Positions 8,628 through 21,400 of a DNA stretch of 32,000 bases are shown here, piece by piece. The position numbers and the translations under genes were made by a program. Within the stretch, counting starts at the first letter, position 1. Each line of letters opens with the position of its first letter. Below the pieces are notes generated by a model. It searched no databases. It was given only the letters and a program-made list of their open reading frames with translations, and had not been told where the DNA came from. Source of the stretch: Mycobacterium tuberculosis H37Rv (GTDB lineage: Bacteria; Actinomycetota; Actinomycetes; Mycobacteriales; Mycobacteriaceae); the NCBI RefSeq assembly GCF_000195955.2, contig NC_000962.3:3720001-3752000 (forward strand). The letters are read 5' to 3'.

Positions 8628-9355
8628 CGTGCTCCCGACGCGACATGTCCCTGTCGTTTGGCTCCGCGGTCGGCGCCTACGAGCGCGGGCGCCCCTCGTA
8701 TCCACCGGAAGCCATCGACTGGCTGCTGCCGGCCGCCGCCCGCCGCGTGCTCGACCTGGGAGCGGGCACCGGCAAGCTGACCACCCGGCTAGTCGAGCGC
8801 GGCCTGGACGTGGTTGCCGTCGACCCGATCCCGGAGATGCTGGACGTGCTGCGTGCTGCGCTGCCGCAAACCGTCGCGCTGCTGGGCACCGCCGAAGAGA
8901 TTCCGTTGGACGACAACAGCGTTGACGCGGTGTTGGTGGCTCAGGCGTGGCACTGGGTGGATCCCGCCCGGGCGATTCCGGAGGTCGCCCGGGTGTTGCG
9001 TCCGGGCGGGCGGCTCGGCCTGGTGTGGAACACCCGCGACGAACGGCTGGGCTGGGTGCGCGAGCTGGGTGAGATCATCGGTCGCGACGGCGATCCGGTG
9101 CGCGACAGGGTGACGCTGCCCGAGCCGTTCACTACGGTGCAGCGCCATCAGGTCGAGTGGACGAATTACCTGACACCACAAGCCCTTATCGACCTGGTGG
9201 CTTCGCGCAGCTATTGCATCACCTCACCGGCGCAGGTCCGCACCAAAACGCTCGACCGGGTGCGGCAGTTGCTGGCCACCCATCCGGCGCTGGCGAATAG
9301 CAACGGCCTGGCGCTGCCCTACGTCACGGTCTGTGTGCGGGCGACTCTGGCCTGA
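8624..9355 (+). CDS. Class I SAM-dependent methyltransferase (Methyltransf_11-like; Rv3342-like), substrate unknown
   Basis: Motif [13 protein letters not shown], post-I acidic VVAVDP, and motif [18 protein letters not shown]...[15 protein letters not shown] 8624 overlaps the metA stop (GTGA, 8624-8627). Alternative starts are GTG 8615 and ATG 8645. Confidence 0.9.
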
Positions 9356-9363
9356 CGCCGCCT

Positions 9364-12300
9364 TTAGGGCCCGGTGCCGGTGTAAATCAGGCCCGCCAGT
9401 TGCTGGCCGACGTTGCCGAAGCCGGAGACCAGGGCCGAGGTGATCAGGCCCAGCGCGCCGGTGTTGTACACACCCGAGATGTCCGCGCCGCGGTTGAGGA
9501 TGCCGGAGAGTTGGGTGCCGAAGTTGGCGAAGCCCGACGCCGATCCGAGCAGCGGATCCGAGATCGCGTTGAGCACGCCCGACATGCCCGCGCCGAGGTT
9601 GTGGAAGCCCGACAACCCGCCGCCACCGCCGATGTTGAAGAACCCCGACGACGGGACCGCGGTGGTGTTGCCGAATCCCGGGACGGGCGGGATGACCAAC
9701 CCGGCGTTGATGGGGCCGAGCAGCGCGTTGACGTCGAGAACCACTGGGATTCGGTCGATGGTGATCTCCAGAGGGAAGGCGAAGGCGGGGGTGGCGCCGG
9801 ACAACGCGAGGCCCAGCGGGAGTTGGGGAATGGTGATTTCCGGGCTCACGAAGGGTCCGATGGTGACGGACAGGGGCAGCTCGACATGGATTGGATCGAC
9901 GGGTATGTGGAATCCCGGGATGGTGATTTCCGGTGTTAGATGGGTCACGCCAAGCGAACTCAGCAGCACGGTGAATGGCAGAATCTCGCTGGGCGCCGTT
10001 TGGATGGCGGGGACATTAACGTTGATGAACCCCAGCAGCGTAAGGCTGAATGGATCGATGATGGAGCCTGAGCTGAATATCGGGCCCACGGTGACACCGG
10101 TTGCGGGGTCGAGTCCCAGGGCGGGAATCGTGATGTCCTGGACGGTGATGGGGCCGAGGTCGAAGACTGGGTCGATGCGAACCGTGATCGGGGAAATGGA
10201 CACCGGCGGGATGGTGAAGCCGCCGATGTGGCCGGTTGCGCTGAGGTCCAAGGGAATTGCCGGAAATTGGATCGACGGAACGATGATGGGTCCGGCGCCG
10301 CCGGACGCGTGGATGTTCGCGACAGTGAATTCGGGAATGATGGTGCTGGTGTAGGAGAAGCCGAGCAGGCCCTGGTAGTCGCCCCGCCAGAAGGCGCCGT
10401 TGCTGTAGTTGCCGGAGATGAAGGCGCCGGTGTTGACGTCGCCGGAGTTGGCCACCCCGGTGTTGATGTCACCGGTGTTCAACCAACCCGTGTTGACACT
10501 GCCCGGGTTGAAACCGCCCGTATTGGCCTGCCCCGCGTTGAAACTGCCGGTGTTGTAGCTACCCGCATTGACCACACCCGTGTTGAACCCACCCGCGTTG
10601 AACAACCCCGTGCTGGCAATCCCCGAATTACCGATCCCGGTGTTATAACTCCCCGAATTGAACACCCCCCAGTTCCCGGTGCCAGAGTTAAAGAACCCCA
10701 CATTACCGGTCCCCGAATTAAACAACCCCACATTCCCGCTGCCGGTATTGAAACCACCGAACCCGGTCAGATTATCACCGGTCAACCCAATACCGAAATT
10801 CCCACTGCCGGTGTTAGCGAACCCAATATTGCCCACACCCATATTCGCCAAACCGAAATTGTAGCTGCCGGCATTACCAAACCCGATATTACCCAAACCC
10901 ATCAGACCCGGCGTTAACCCCGAATTCCCGAGCCCAAAGTTGCCCCACCCGACATTGCCCAACCCGACATTGTTGCCGCCGATATTGCCGCCACCCACAT
11001 TGAACCCACCGACGTTGCCCGCACCCAGGTTAAAGTCCCCGACATTGCCCAACCCGACATTGCCCAACCCCACATCGGCCAACCCGAAATTGAGGACCAG
11101 ACCCTGATGCAGCGCCGTCCCGCTCGCCAACAATCCCGACAACTGCTGACCGACACTACCCAAACCCGACACCAACGCCGGCGCACCCAACCCCAACACG
11201 CTGGTGTTGAACAGCCCCGACATGCCAGAGCCGAAATTCAGCACACCCGAATGCAGCGTGCCGGCGTTGAAAACACCCGAACCCCCACCCAGCAACGCCG
11301 ACGGAGCCTGATTCCAGCCACCCGACACCATCGCGCCGACATTCCCAAACCCCGACACCCCACCCGCACCGGAGTTGAAGAAACCCGACGACGGAGCACC
11401 GGTCGTATTCCCGAACCCCGGCACGGCGGGAAGGTCGATGAGGATGTGAACGGGGCCGAGCGTGCTGTGGGCCACGAGGTCAAAGGGGATTTCGCCGATG
11501 GTGATTGCCGGAATGGTGACGGCGCCGGTGCCACCGGACAGGTTGATGCTCAGCGGGTTCATCGCGGGGATCGTGAGGCCGCCCGGGAAGATGTCGACGG
11601 GCTCGCTGTGGCCGGTAATGCTGGCCAGCAGCGGGATCTCGTCAATGGTGACGACGGGGGTGCTGAACGGCAGGTTGGCCAGGAAAGCCGTGATGGTCCC
11701 TTGCGACGAGCTAGCACCGATGACTATCTGGCTTAACGCCAGGGGGGTAAGGCCGATGGGGGTGTTGAAGAGTCCCGTAATCGGACCGATTTTCAGGGGC
11801 CCGCCGGGTTGTGAGCCAAACAAGTAATTCAGCGTGACGGGCACCCGTGGAATATCGAGGTGCGGGACGGTGATGGGGCCGAGGCCGACGCTGACCGTGG
11901 TGGCGGCCAGGTCGATCTGGGGAATCGGGATGCTCGGCACAGTGAAGCTGTCGATGGCGACGTTGGCGCTGAACTCGGGGCGGATCGCGGGAATGTCGAT
12001 GGCGGGGATAACGACGGAGCCCAGTCCGCCGGTGAGGGTGAGGTCCAGGAACGGCGTTTGGGGAAGCACGGCGGGGCGGTAGGAGAAGCCGAGCAGGCCC
12101 TGGTAGTCGCCCCGCCAGAAGGCGCCGTTGCTGTAGTTACCGGAGATGAAGGCGCCGGTGTTGACGTCGCCGGAGTTGGCCACCCCGGTGTTGATGTCAC
12201 CGGTGTTCAACCAACCCGTGTTGACACTGCCCGGGTTGAAACCGCCCGTATTGGCCTGCCCCGCGTTGAAACTGCCGGTGTTGTAGCTACCCGCATTGAC

Positions 12301-15300
12301 CACACCCGTGTTGAACCCACCCGCGTTGAACAACCCCGTGCTGGCAATCCCCGAATTACCGATCCCGGTATTATAACTCCCCGAATTGAACACCCCCCAG
12401 TTCCCGGTGCCAGAGTTAAAGAACCCCACATTACCGGTCCCCGAATTAAACAACCCCACATTCCCGCTGCCGGTATTGAAACCACCGAACCCGGTCAGAT
12501 TATCACCGGTCAACCCAATACCGAAATTCCCACTGCCGGTGTTAGCGAACCCAATATTGCCCACACCCATATTCGCCAAACCGAAATTGTAGCTGCCGGC
12601 ATTACCAAACCCGATATTACCCAAACCCATCAGACCCGGCGTTAACCCCGAATTCGCCAACCCGACATTGCCAAACCCGACATTGCCCAACCCGACATTG
12701 TTGCCGCCGATATTGCCGCCACCCACATTGAACCCACCGACGTTGCCCGCACCCAGGTTAAAGTCCCCGACATTGCCCAACCCGACATTGCCGCCACCGA
12801 GGTTGCTCAACCCCACGTTCGGGCCGACGATCCCGACCGCGGAATTGAAGCCCGAGATCAGGTTGTTGGCGATGCTCCCGTCGAACAGGCCCAACAGTCC
12901 CACACCCAGGCCCGGGACAGCCAAACCGCTGAAGGGATCCGACGTGGTGGTGGTGGAGTTCCCTGAGCCCGGCTCGGTGATGATCGGGATGTTGATGGGG
13001 CCCACCGGGATTGTGACGTCCACGTTCAGCGGAATTGCGGGCAGCACGGTGGCCGGGATGAAGACGGCGTCCTCGAGGTTGATGGACACGTCGATAGGCA
13101 GGATTTCGTGCAGAATCATTGACTTTACGGTGGATGCCGGGGAACCGAAAGAGAAGTTGAGCGGTATGGATTCACTGACAGTGGGCAACGGGATACTGAG
13201 TCCCGCCATGGTGATGGGAATAGAACTTCCCGGAATTACAATCGGATTCAGTTCGATGCCGTCTCTGAAGTCAAACAAGAAAAGAGTCTGACCGACCGAC
13301 ATGAACAGCTGGGCGGGCTGGGTCTGTATATTCGTGATTTGGATTCCGGAGATATCGATGCTTCCCGTGATGCCCAGGCCGGACAGCAGGGTAGTGGCCG
13401 GGGCGTTAAAACTCACATTGACGTTTCCGTCGAGGCCAAAATTGATGGCGGGGATGGGGATGTCCGGGACGGTAAAGGGGCCGACCTCGAGGTTTCCCGT
13501 GACGGTCAGGAGGGGATTTAGCGCATCCACAACGGTGGTGGTCGGGATGCTGATGGGGCCGATGCCGCCGTTGAGGGTGAAGTGAAATGGAAACAGCCCG
13601 CTGGTGAGGCCAAAGCCGCCTGGGACCGCCGGAATGGGGCCGTTGGCCGGGGTTGGCGGGATGTAGTCCCACCGGAACGGGAAAGGGCCAATAGAAAGGG
13701 TGGTGTGCAGGTCCACCGGGATGCGGTCAACCGTGAAACCCTGCGGGAACACGGTGAATCCACCGGTGCCGACGGAGAAGTTGGTGAGGCTGACCACGGG
13801 GTTTTCCGGGAACGCCAGGCCGCCCGGGAATAGCGTGATGCTGTCCAGGCCGCCGGTCAGGTTGACGGTCACCGGTGTTTGGTCGGGAACGGTGAGGCCG
13901 GCCGGGAACAAGGCCAAGGACGATGTGGACAGATTGAAAGTCGCGCCGAACGGGCCGGGGATCGTGCCCGGGCCGCCGTAGCTGCCGATGATGGGTCCAT
14001 TGATCTGCAGGTCGCTGATGCTGAGGTAGAACGACCCGGAGGGGAATTTCGCGCCGGGTGGGCCTAGCGGCGGGCCGTAGTGGTCGATCGTGATGAACGG
14101 GTCCGGCAAGACGACCGGGTCCGCGGTGATTTCTGCCATGGCGGTTTGCCCGAAAAGAACAAACGCGGGATTCACGTGAAAACCCTCGAGGCCGACGGTT
14201 CCGGTCACGTGGATCGGGATCGCGGGAATGGTGATCTCCGGGAGAGTGAATTCGCGGATCCCGATGAATCCCCCGGTGATTTGTATGTCGAATGCCGGAA
14301 TATCGATGGGCTGGACGTGGATGGGACCGATCCCGCCAATCACCTGCAGGTCAATGGGGATTTCGGAAATGGTGAAAAGGGTGCCGGGGGTGAAGGGGGC
14401 CAGGACGTTGATGTTGTTGCCCGTTAAGAAGAAACCGGTGTTGTGGCTTCCCGAATTGAATACGCCCAAATTCCCGGTGCCGGAGTTGAAGAACCCGACA
14501 TTGCCGGTACCCGAATTGAACAATCCCACATTCTCGCTGCCCGAATTGAAACCACCGAACCCAGTCAGATTGTCCCCGCTGAGCCCGATACCGATATTCC
14601 CGTTGCCGGTATTGGCCAACCCGATGTTGCCGATGCCCATGTTCGCCAGGCCGAAATTGCTGCTGCCGGCATTGCCGAACCCGACGTTGTCGAACCCGAT
14701 ATTGCCCAATCCGAAGTTGTTGCCGCCCAGCGCGCCGCCCGACAACATCCCCGACAACTGAGTACCTACATTGCCGATACCCGACATCAACGTGCCGGAG
14801 TTGAAATAGCCCGAAACCGTTCCCGGCAACACCTGCATGGCCTGGGTGGACTGGTTAAACCAGCCCGAGGTGTGCGCGCCGACGTTCCCGAATCCCGACA
14901 CCCCGCCGGCGCCGGTGTTAAAGAAGCCCGAGGACGGGGCGGTGGTCGAATTCCCGAACCCCGGCGACGCCGGAACGTTGCCGCCCACGATGTCGACGGG
15001 CCCGACGCCGCCGATGGCGTGCAGGTTCAGGGGGATGTTGTCGATGGTGATTGCCGGGGTGCTCAGGGCGTTGATGTGGCCAATCACGTTGATCGCCAGC
15101 GGAAGTGGTTGCTCGGGAATCGAGAATCCCGGAATGGTGAAGGCCTCGGTGCCTGCCGTTACGCCAAGAGTCAGGGTGAGCGGCCCCCCGGTGGGAATGC
15201 TGAGGCCAACCGGGAAAAGGGTGAGGGCTGGGGTGGAATAACTGAAGGTTACTGGGATGGAAAACCCGGTATTGATATGTATTGGGCCGATCAAGGTTGT

Positions 15301-16935
15301 GGGAATGGGGGAAGGGCTGAGGGCGACCTGTTGGATTTGGGGAATTGTTATGGACGAGACGGGCCAGGCCAGCGTGATGGTTTGGTTGAAGTTTTGTGCC
15401 GGCCACAGGGTGATGGGATTGATTTTGATGGGGCCGATCGAAATATTGGGTATGCCGACGCCGAGCGAGATTGCCGGGACGTTGATGGGCGGGACGACCA
15501 AGGGTCCGAGGTAGAGGGTTTCGTTGATGTTGATCGGGATGTCGGGAAGTATGTGGATGGGCTCGATAGTGATGGCGCCGACACCACCGTTTATGTCCAG
15601 GCTGAGGGGAATGACAGGAAGAACGTTCGCTCCCGAGGAGAAGCCGAGCAGGCCCTGGTAGTCGCCCCGCCACAAGACGCCGTTGCTGTAGTTACCGGAG
15701 ATGAAGGCACCGGTGTTGACGTCGCCGGAGTTGGCCACCCCGGTGTTGATGTCACCGGTGTTCAACCAACCCGTGTTGACACTGCCCGGGTTGAAACCGC
15801 CCGTATTGGCCTCCCCCGCGTTGAAACTGCCGGTGTTGTAGCTACCCGCATTGACCACACCCGTATTGAACCCACCCGCGTTGAACAACCCCGTGCTGGC
15901 AATCCCCGAATTACCGATCCCGGTGTTATAGCTCCCCGAATTGAACACCCCCCAGTTCCCGGTGCCGGAGTTAAAGAACCCCACATTACCGGTCCCCGAA
16001 TTAAACAACCCCACATTCCCGCTACCGGTATTGAAACCACCGAACCCGGTCAGATTATCACCGGTCAACCCAATACCGAAATTCCCACTGCCGGTGTTAG
16101 CGAACCCAATATTGCCCACACCCATATTCGCCAAACCGAAATTGTAGCTGCCGGCATTACCAAACCCGATATTACCCAGACCCATCAGACCCGGCGTTAA
16201 CCCCGAATTCCCGAGCCCAAAGTTGCCCCACCCGACATTGCCCAACCCGACATTGTTGCCACCGATATTGCCGCCGCCCACGTTGTAGCTCCCGACGTTG
16301 CCGGCCCCCACGTTGTAGCTGCCGACGTTGCCGCTTCCCGCGTTGAAGAGGCCAACGTTGGCCAAACCCAGATTGACGGCGAGCGACTTGGCCGGCTCGG
16401 CGGCGGCCGCCAGGCTTGCCAGCGGCGAGCCAAACGGCGCCAACGCCTCGGCCGCCGCCGAGGCGCCGGTGTGGTACCCCAGCATCGCGGCCACGTCCTG
16501 GGCCCACATCAGCTCGTAGTCGAACTCCGCGGCCGCGATCGCCGGCGTGTTCTGGCCGAACAGATTCGATAACGCCAGCGACACTAACCTCGACCGATTG
16601 GCCGCGATGACGAAGGGGTCCACCGTCTCGGCCAACGCCGCCTCGAACACACCCACCACCGCCCGGGCCTGCCCGGCCGCCGACTCGGCGGAGGCCGCCG
16701 CCGCGCTCAACCACCCCGCATACGGGGCGGCCGCCGCCGCCATCGCGACCGAGGACGGCCCCTGCCAGATACCACCGACCAGCCCCGAGGTCACCGACCC
16801 GAAAGCCGCCGCCGCCGAGCCCAGCTCGGCGGCCAGCTCATCCCAGGCCGCGGCCGCCGCCAACAGGGGGCCCGGACCCGCCCCGGTATATATCAGCAGG
16901 GAGTTGATCTCTGGCGGCATTACGACAAAACTCAT
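9364..16935 (-). CDS. PPE54: PPE family protein, MPTR subfamily, 2523 aa
   Basis: N-terminal ~180-aa PPE domain ([38 protein letters not shown]...[16 protein letters not shown]). After it, blocks of NxGxGNxG (MPTR/pentapeptide-2) repeats alternate with Pro/Ile/Gly-rich spacer modules. GGGAAAGGG lies 8 nt upstream of ATG 16935. Confidence 0.95.
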   Translation of the reverse strand: MSFVVMPPEINSLLIYTGAGPGPLLAAAAAWDELAAELGSAAAAFGSVTSGLVGGIWQGPSSVAMAAAAAPYAGWLSAAAASAESAAGQARAVVGVFEAALAETVDPFVIAANRSRLVSLALSNLFGQNTPAIAAAEFDYELMWAQDVAAMLGYHTGASAAAEALAPFGSPLASLAAAAEPAKSLAVNLGLANVGLFNAGSGNVGSYNVGAGNVGSYNVGGGNIGGNNVGLGNVGWGNFGLGNSGLTPGLMGLGNIGFGNAGSYNFGLANMGVGNIGFANTGSGNFGIGLTGDNLTGFGGFNTGSGNVGLFNSGTGNVGFFNSGTGNWGVFNSGSYNTGIGNSGIASTGLFNAGGFNTGVVNAGSYNTGSFNAGEANTGGFNPGSVNTGWLNTGDINTGVANSGDVNTGAFISGNYSNGVLWRGDYQGLLGFSSGANVLPVIPLSLDINGGVGAITIEPIHILPDIPININETLYLGPLVVPPINVPAISLGVGIPNISIGPIKINPITLWPAQNFNQTITLAWPVSSITIPQIQQVALSPSPIPTTLIGPIHINTGFSIPVTFSYSTPALTLFPVGLSIPTGGPLTLTLGVTAGTEAFTIPGFSIPEQPLPLAINVIGHINALSTPAITIDNIPLNLHAIGGVGPVDIVGGNVPASPGFGNSTTAPSSGFFNTGAGGVSGFGNVGAHTSGWFNQSTQAMQVLPGTVSGYFNSGTLMSGIGNVGTQLSGMLSGGALGGNNFGLGNIGFDNVGFGNAGSSNFGLANMGIGNIGLANTGNGNIGIGLSGDNLTGFGGFNSGSENVGLFNSGTGNVGFFNSGTGNLGVFNSGSHNTGFFLTGNNINVLAPFTPGTLFTISEIPIDLQVIGGIGPIHVQPIDIPAFDIQITGGFIGIREFTLPEITIPAIPIHVTGTVGLEGFHVNPAFVLFGQTAMAEITADPVVLPDPFITIDHYGPPLGPPGAKFPSGSFYLSISDLQINGPIIGSYGGPGTIPGPFGATFNLSTSSLALFPAGLTVPDQTPVTVNLTGGLDSITLFPGGLAFPENPVVSLTNFSVGTGGFTVFPQGFTVDRIPVDLHTTLSIGPFPFRWDYIPPTPANGPIPAVPGGFGLTSGLFPFHFTLNGGIGPISIPTTTVVDALNPLLTVTGNLEVGPFTVPDIPIPAINFGLDGNVNVSFNAPATTLLSGLGITGSIDISGIQITNIQTQPAQLFMSVGQTLFLFDFRDGIELNPIVIPGSSIPITMAGLSIPLPTVSESIPLNFSFGSPASTVKSMILHEILPIDVSINLEDAVFIPATVLPAIPLNVDVTIPVGPINIPIITEPGSGNSTTTTSDPFSGLAVPGLGVGLLGLFDGSIANNLISGFNSAVGIVGPNVGLSNLGGGNVGLGNVGDFNLGAGNVGGFNVGGGNIGGNNVGLGNVGFGNVGLANSGLTPGLMGLGNIGFGNAGSYNFGLANMGVGNIGFANTGSGNFGIGLTGDNLTGFGGFNTGSGNVGLFNSGTGNVGFFNSGTGNWGVFNSGSYNTGIGNSGIASTGLFNAGGFNTGVVNAGSYNTGSFNAGQANTGGFNPGSVNTGWLNTGDINTGVANSGDVNTGAFISGNYSNGAFWRGDYQGLLGFSYRPAVLPQTPFLDLTLTGGLGSVVIPAIDIPAIRPEFSANVAIDSFTVPSIPIPQIDLAATTVSVGLGPITVPHLDIPRVPVTLNYLFGSQPGGPLKIGPITGLFNTPIGLTPLALSQIVIGASSSQGTITAFLANLPFSTPVVTIDEIPLLASITGHSEPVDIFPGGLTIPAMNPLSINLSGGTGAVTIPAITIGEIPFDLVAHSTLGPVHILIDLPAVPGFGNTTGAPSSGFFNSGAGGVSGFGNVGAMVSGGWNQAPSALLGGGSGVFNAGTLHSGVLNFGSGMSGLFNTSVLGLGAPALVSGLGSVGQQLSGLLASGTALHQGLVLNFGLADVGLGNVGLGNVGDFNLGAGNVGGFNVGGGNIGGNNVGLGNVGWGNFGLGNSGLTPGLMGLGNIGFGNAGSYNFGLANMGVGNIGFANTGSGNFGIGLTGDNLTGFGGFNTGSGNVGLFNSGTGNVGFFNSGTGNWGVFNSGSYNTGIGNSGIASTGLFNAGGFNTGVVNAGSYNTGSFNAGQANTGGFNPGSVNTGWLNTGDINTGVANSGDVNTGAFISGNYSNGAFWRGDYQGLLGFSYTSTIIPEFTVANIHASGGAGPIIVPSIQFPAIPLDLSATGHIGGFTIPPVSISPITVRIDPVFDLGPITVQDITIPALGLDPATGVTVGPIFSSGSIIDPFSLTLLGFINVNVPAIQTAPSEILPFTVLLSSLGVTHLTPEITIPGFHIPVDPIHVELPLSVTIGPFVSPEITIPQLPLGLALSGATPAFAFPLEITIDRIPVVLDVNALLGPINAGLVIPPVPGFGNTTAVPSSGFFNIGGGGGLSGFHNLGAGMSGVLNAISDPLLGSASGFANFGTQLSGILNRGADISGVYNTGALGLITSALVSGFGNVGQQLAGLIYTGTGP
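10351..11064 (-). repeat. PPE54 internal direct repeat, copy A (~714 bp)
   Basis: Aligned by eye to 12079-12792 (offset exactly 1728 nt). Only a handful of single-base differences, plus one ~22-bp divergent patch near 10925-10945. Identical spurious 68-aa antisense ORFs in the track (10658, 12386, 15941) confirm it. Confidence 0.9.
12079..12792 (-). repeat. PPE54 internal direct repeat, copy B (~714 bp)
   Basis: See copy A. Copy B encodes ..[108 protein letters not shown]...[17 protein letters not shown]. Confidence 0.9.
15636..16278 (-). repeat. PPE54 internal direct repeat, copy C (~640 bp)
   Basis: Offset of 5283 nt from copy A and 3555 nt from copy B. Near-identical over ~640 bp. Copy C shares A's version of the 22-bp patch (cccgagcccaaagttgccccaccc) rather than B's. 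Confidence 0.9.
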
Positions 16936-16983
16936 GCCGCCAGCCCTTTCCCGTGCGTTCCCAACATCGCTGTCAACCGGTGA

Positions 16984-18438
<1,455 letters not shown>

Positions 18439-21400
18439 TCAGGCTGCCCCCGCCAGCACCGGCGCCGCCGTTGCCGCCGGCCGCGCCGGCGCCGCCCGTG
18501 GTGCCGCTGCCACCGCTGCCGCCGCTGCCGCCGTGGCCGGCGGCGCTGGAAGTGCCGCCGCCGTTGCCGCCGGCGCCGGCGGCACCACCGGCCAAGCCCG
18601 CGACGCCGGTGCTGTTGCCGGAGTTGCCGCCGTTGCCGCCGTTGCCGCCGTCGCCGCCGGTGGCACCGCCGCCGTGGCCGCCGTTGCCGGCGCTGCCGCC
18701 GGCACCGCCCTGGCCGCCGGCGCCCGCGGAGCCGTTGCCGCCGTTGCCGCCATTGCCGCCGTTGCCGCCGTGGCCGGCGGTGACGTTGACGACGCCTGAG
18801 CCGCTGGCGGCACCGCTGCTGCCGTTGCCGCCCTTGCCGCCGGCGCCGCCCGTCGTGCCGTCGCCGCCGTGGCCGCCGTTGCCGCCGTTGCCGCCGTCGC
18901 CGCCCACAGCGTTGCCGAAGGACACGCCGGCGACACCCGCGTTGCCGCCGGCCCCGCCAGCACCGCCCGCGCCGTTGAGGCCAGTGCCCCCATTACCGCC
19001 GGCACCACCGGAGCCGGCGTTGCCGGTGGTCGTGCTTTTGCTGCTACCGCCGTTACCGCCAGCGCCACCGGCCCCTCCGGCACCGCCCGCGTCGGTGCCG
19101 ATACCGCCATTGCCGCCCGCGCCGCCGGAGCCGGCGTCACCGCCCAAACCGACGTTCCCGCCGTCGCCGCCGTTGCCGCCCTTGCCGCCGGCGCCGCCGT
19201 CGCCGCCCGTGGTGCTGACGCCGCCGTTGCCGCCGGCGCCGCCGTTGCCGCCGAGGCCGCCATTGCCTTCGGGGCCTCCCGGACCGCCGTAGCCGCCGTT
19301 GCCGCCGGCGCCGCCAAACCCAGTCTCGGAGACGCCGCCGTTGCCGCCGAGGCCGCCGTTGCCGCCTAAGGAAATGCCGCCACCGCCGTCGCCGCCGCTA
19401 CCGCCGTTGCCGCCTGTGCGCCCTTCCCCGCCGATGCCGCCCTGGCCGCCGAAGCCGCCGACCCCGCCGGCACCGCCGTCCCCGCCGGCGCCGCCGACAC
19501 CGCCAACACCGCTAGCAAAGTCGCCCGCGCCGCCGGGACCGCCGGCGCCGCCTGGGCCACCCAACCCGGTGCTAGCGAAGCCGCCGGCACCGCCATTGCC
19601 GCCAGCGCCGCCCGTTGTCGCGGCGACGTCAACGGCGCCGCCACCGCCGGCGCCGCCGAAGCCGCCGAGGCCGCCGTTGATCATGCCGGCACCGCCATTG
19701 CCGCCGTTACCGCCTTTGCCGCCCGTGCCGAAGAAGCCGGCCTGGTTCAGCGCCCCACCGCCGTTGCCGCCGTTGCCGGCGTCACCGCCGTTGAGGCCGG
19801 AGCCGCCGTTGCCGCCGTTGCCGCCGGCCGCGCCGCTCCCGTTGCCGGCGGTGCCGCCCTTGCCGCCGTTGCCGCCATTGCCGCCGTTACCGCCGTTGGG
19901 GGTGATGCCGTCGGTGCCGTCCAAGCCCGTCAAGGAGCCGGTGCCGGCCTTGCCTCCGGTGCCGCCGACGCCGGCGTTGCCGCCGTTGCCGCCGTTGCCG
20001 CCGGTACCGGGGTTTCCTACGGTGCCGCCGCCCGGCAGCATGGCCCCGCTGTTTAGGCCGTTTTCGCCGGCCCCGCCGTCACCGGCTTTGCCGCCATCGC
20101 CGCCGTTGCCGCCGTCGCCGCCGGTGCCCGTGGCGCCGTCGGTGTACCCGGCCGCCTGCGCCTTGCCGCCCGCGCCGCCATTGCCGCCGGCGCCGCCGTC
20201 GCCACCGTTACCACCGCTACCGCCGTTCTCGCCGTTTGCGCCGTTAGCATTGGGGCCGGCGCCGTCGGCGCCTCTCTCGCCGGCGCCGCCGATGCCACCC
20301 TGGCCGCCGTTACCACCCTTACCACCGTTGCCGCCGTGGCCGGCCAGTGTTCCGCCGGCGCCGCCCGCCCCGCCGTTGCCGCCAGCCCCACCGTCGGTGC
20401 CCGAGGTGCCGGAATCACCGCTGGTAGGGCCCGGCGTACCGGCTTGGCCGGCCGCGCCGTTGCCGCCGGCCCCGCCATTGCCGCCATTGCCGACATTCCC
20501 GCCGCTGCCGCCCTTGCCGCCGTCACCGCCGTTGCCGCCCGCGACGGTGGGGCTGGCGCCGTTGCCGCCGTTGCCGCCGTCACCGCCGCTGGTGGGTGCG
20601 GTGCCATCGGCGCCGGTCGCACCCTTCATGGCTGGAATGGCGCCCTTGCCGCCGGCCCCACCCTGGCCGGCAACGCCCACATTGCCGCCGTTGCCGCCGG
20701 CACCGCCGTTGCCGGCCTTAGCGAACGTGGCGAAGGCGTCACCACCCTTGCCGCCGATGCCGCCGTTGCCGCCGTTGCCGCCCTGTCCGCCATTCGCGCC
20801 ATTGGCGGACGCGGAGAAGTCTTGGCCGTTGGCTCCGGCGCCCCCGTTGCCGCCCTTGCCGCCGTCCCCGCCCGTGCCGGCCGCCGATCCGCCGTTGCCG
20901 CCGATGCCGCCGTTGCCGCCGTTGCCGCCGTTGAGGGCAAGGCCGGTGCCGGCGACGCCATTTCCGCCGGCACCACCCGCACCGCCGTTACCGACCGACC
21001 CGCCATGGCCGCCGTTACCACCGGCGCCGCCGTTTTCTCCCGCGACGGTGGGGGTGGCGCCGGCACCTCCGTTGCCACCGTTGCCGCCGCTGGTGGGCGC
21101 GGTGCCGTTCGCCCCGGCCGAACCGTTCAGGGCCGGGTTCGCGCTAACACCGCCGGCCCCACCCTTGCCGCCAACGCCCACTTCACCGCCGTTGCCGCCG
21201 TCACCGCCGGCACCCTGGTTGACGGCCAAGGTCACATCACCGGCGGCACCGGCTCCGCCATCACCGGCCTTGCCGCCGTCACCGCCCTTGCCGCCGTTGC
21301 CGCCCATACCGCCATCGGCACCGGGCGAACCCAAGGTGGCGGCGTCGAATCCGTTTCCGCCGGCGCCGCCGCTACCGCCGGCACCGCCCTTGCCGCCGAC

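Noticed and set aside
9356-9363. Only 8 nt separate the convergent stops of the methyltransferase and PPE54, suggesting overlapping 3' UTRs or antisense interference
   Set aside because: The observation is real but cannot be interpreted from sequence alone. No hairpin fits in the gap, so it is left as a note rather than a finding.
14443-16200. 585-aa plus-strand ORF in PPE54, and similar ones in PPE55 (28097-29854, 30015-31628, 30092-31486)
   Set aside because: They are antisense or alternate frames of the NxGxGNxG repeats. Their sequences repeat with the PPE modules and contain no independent start signals or domains.
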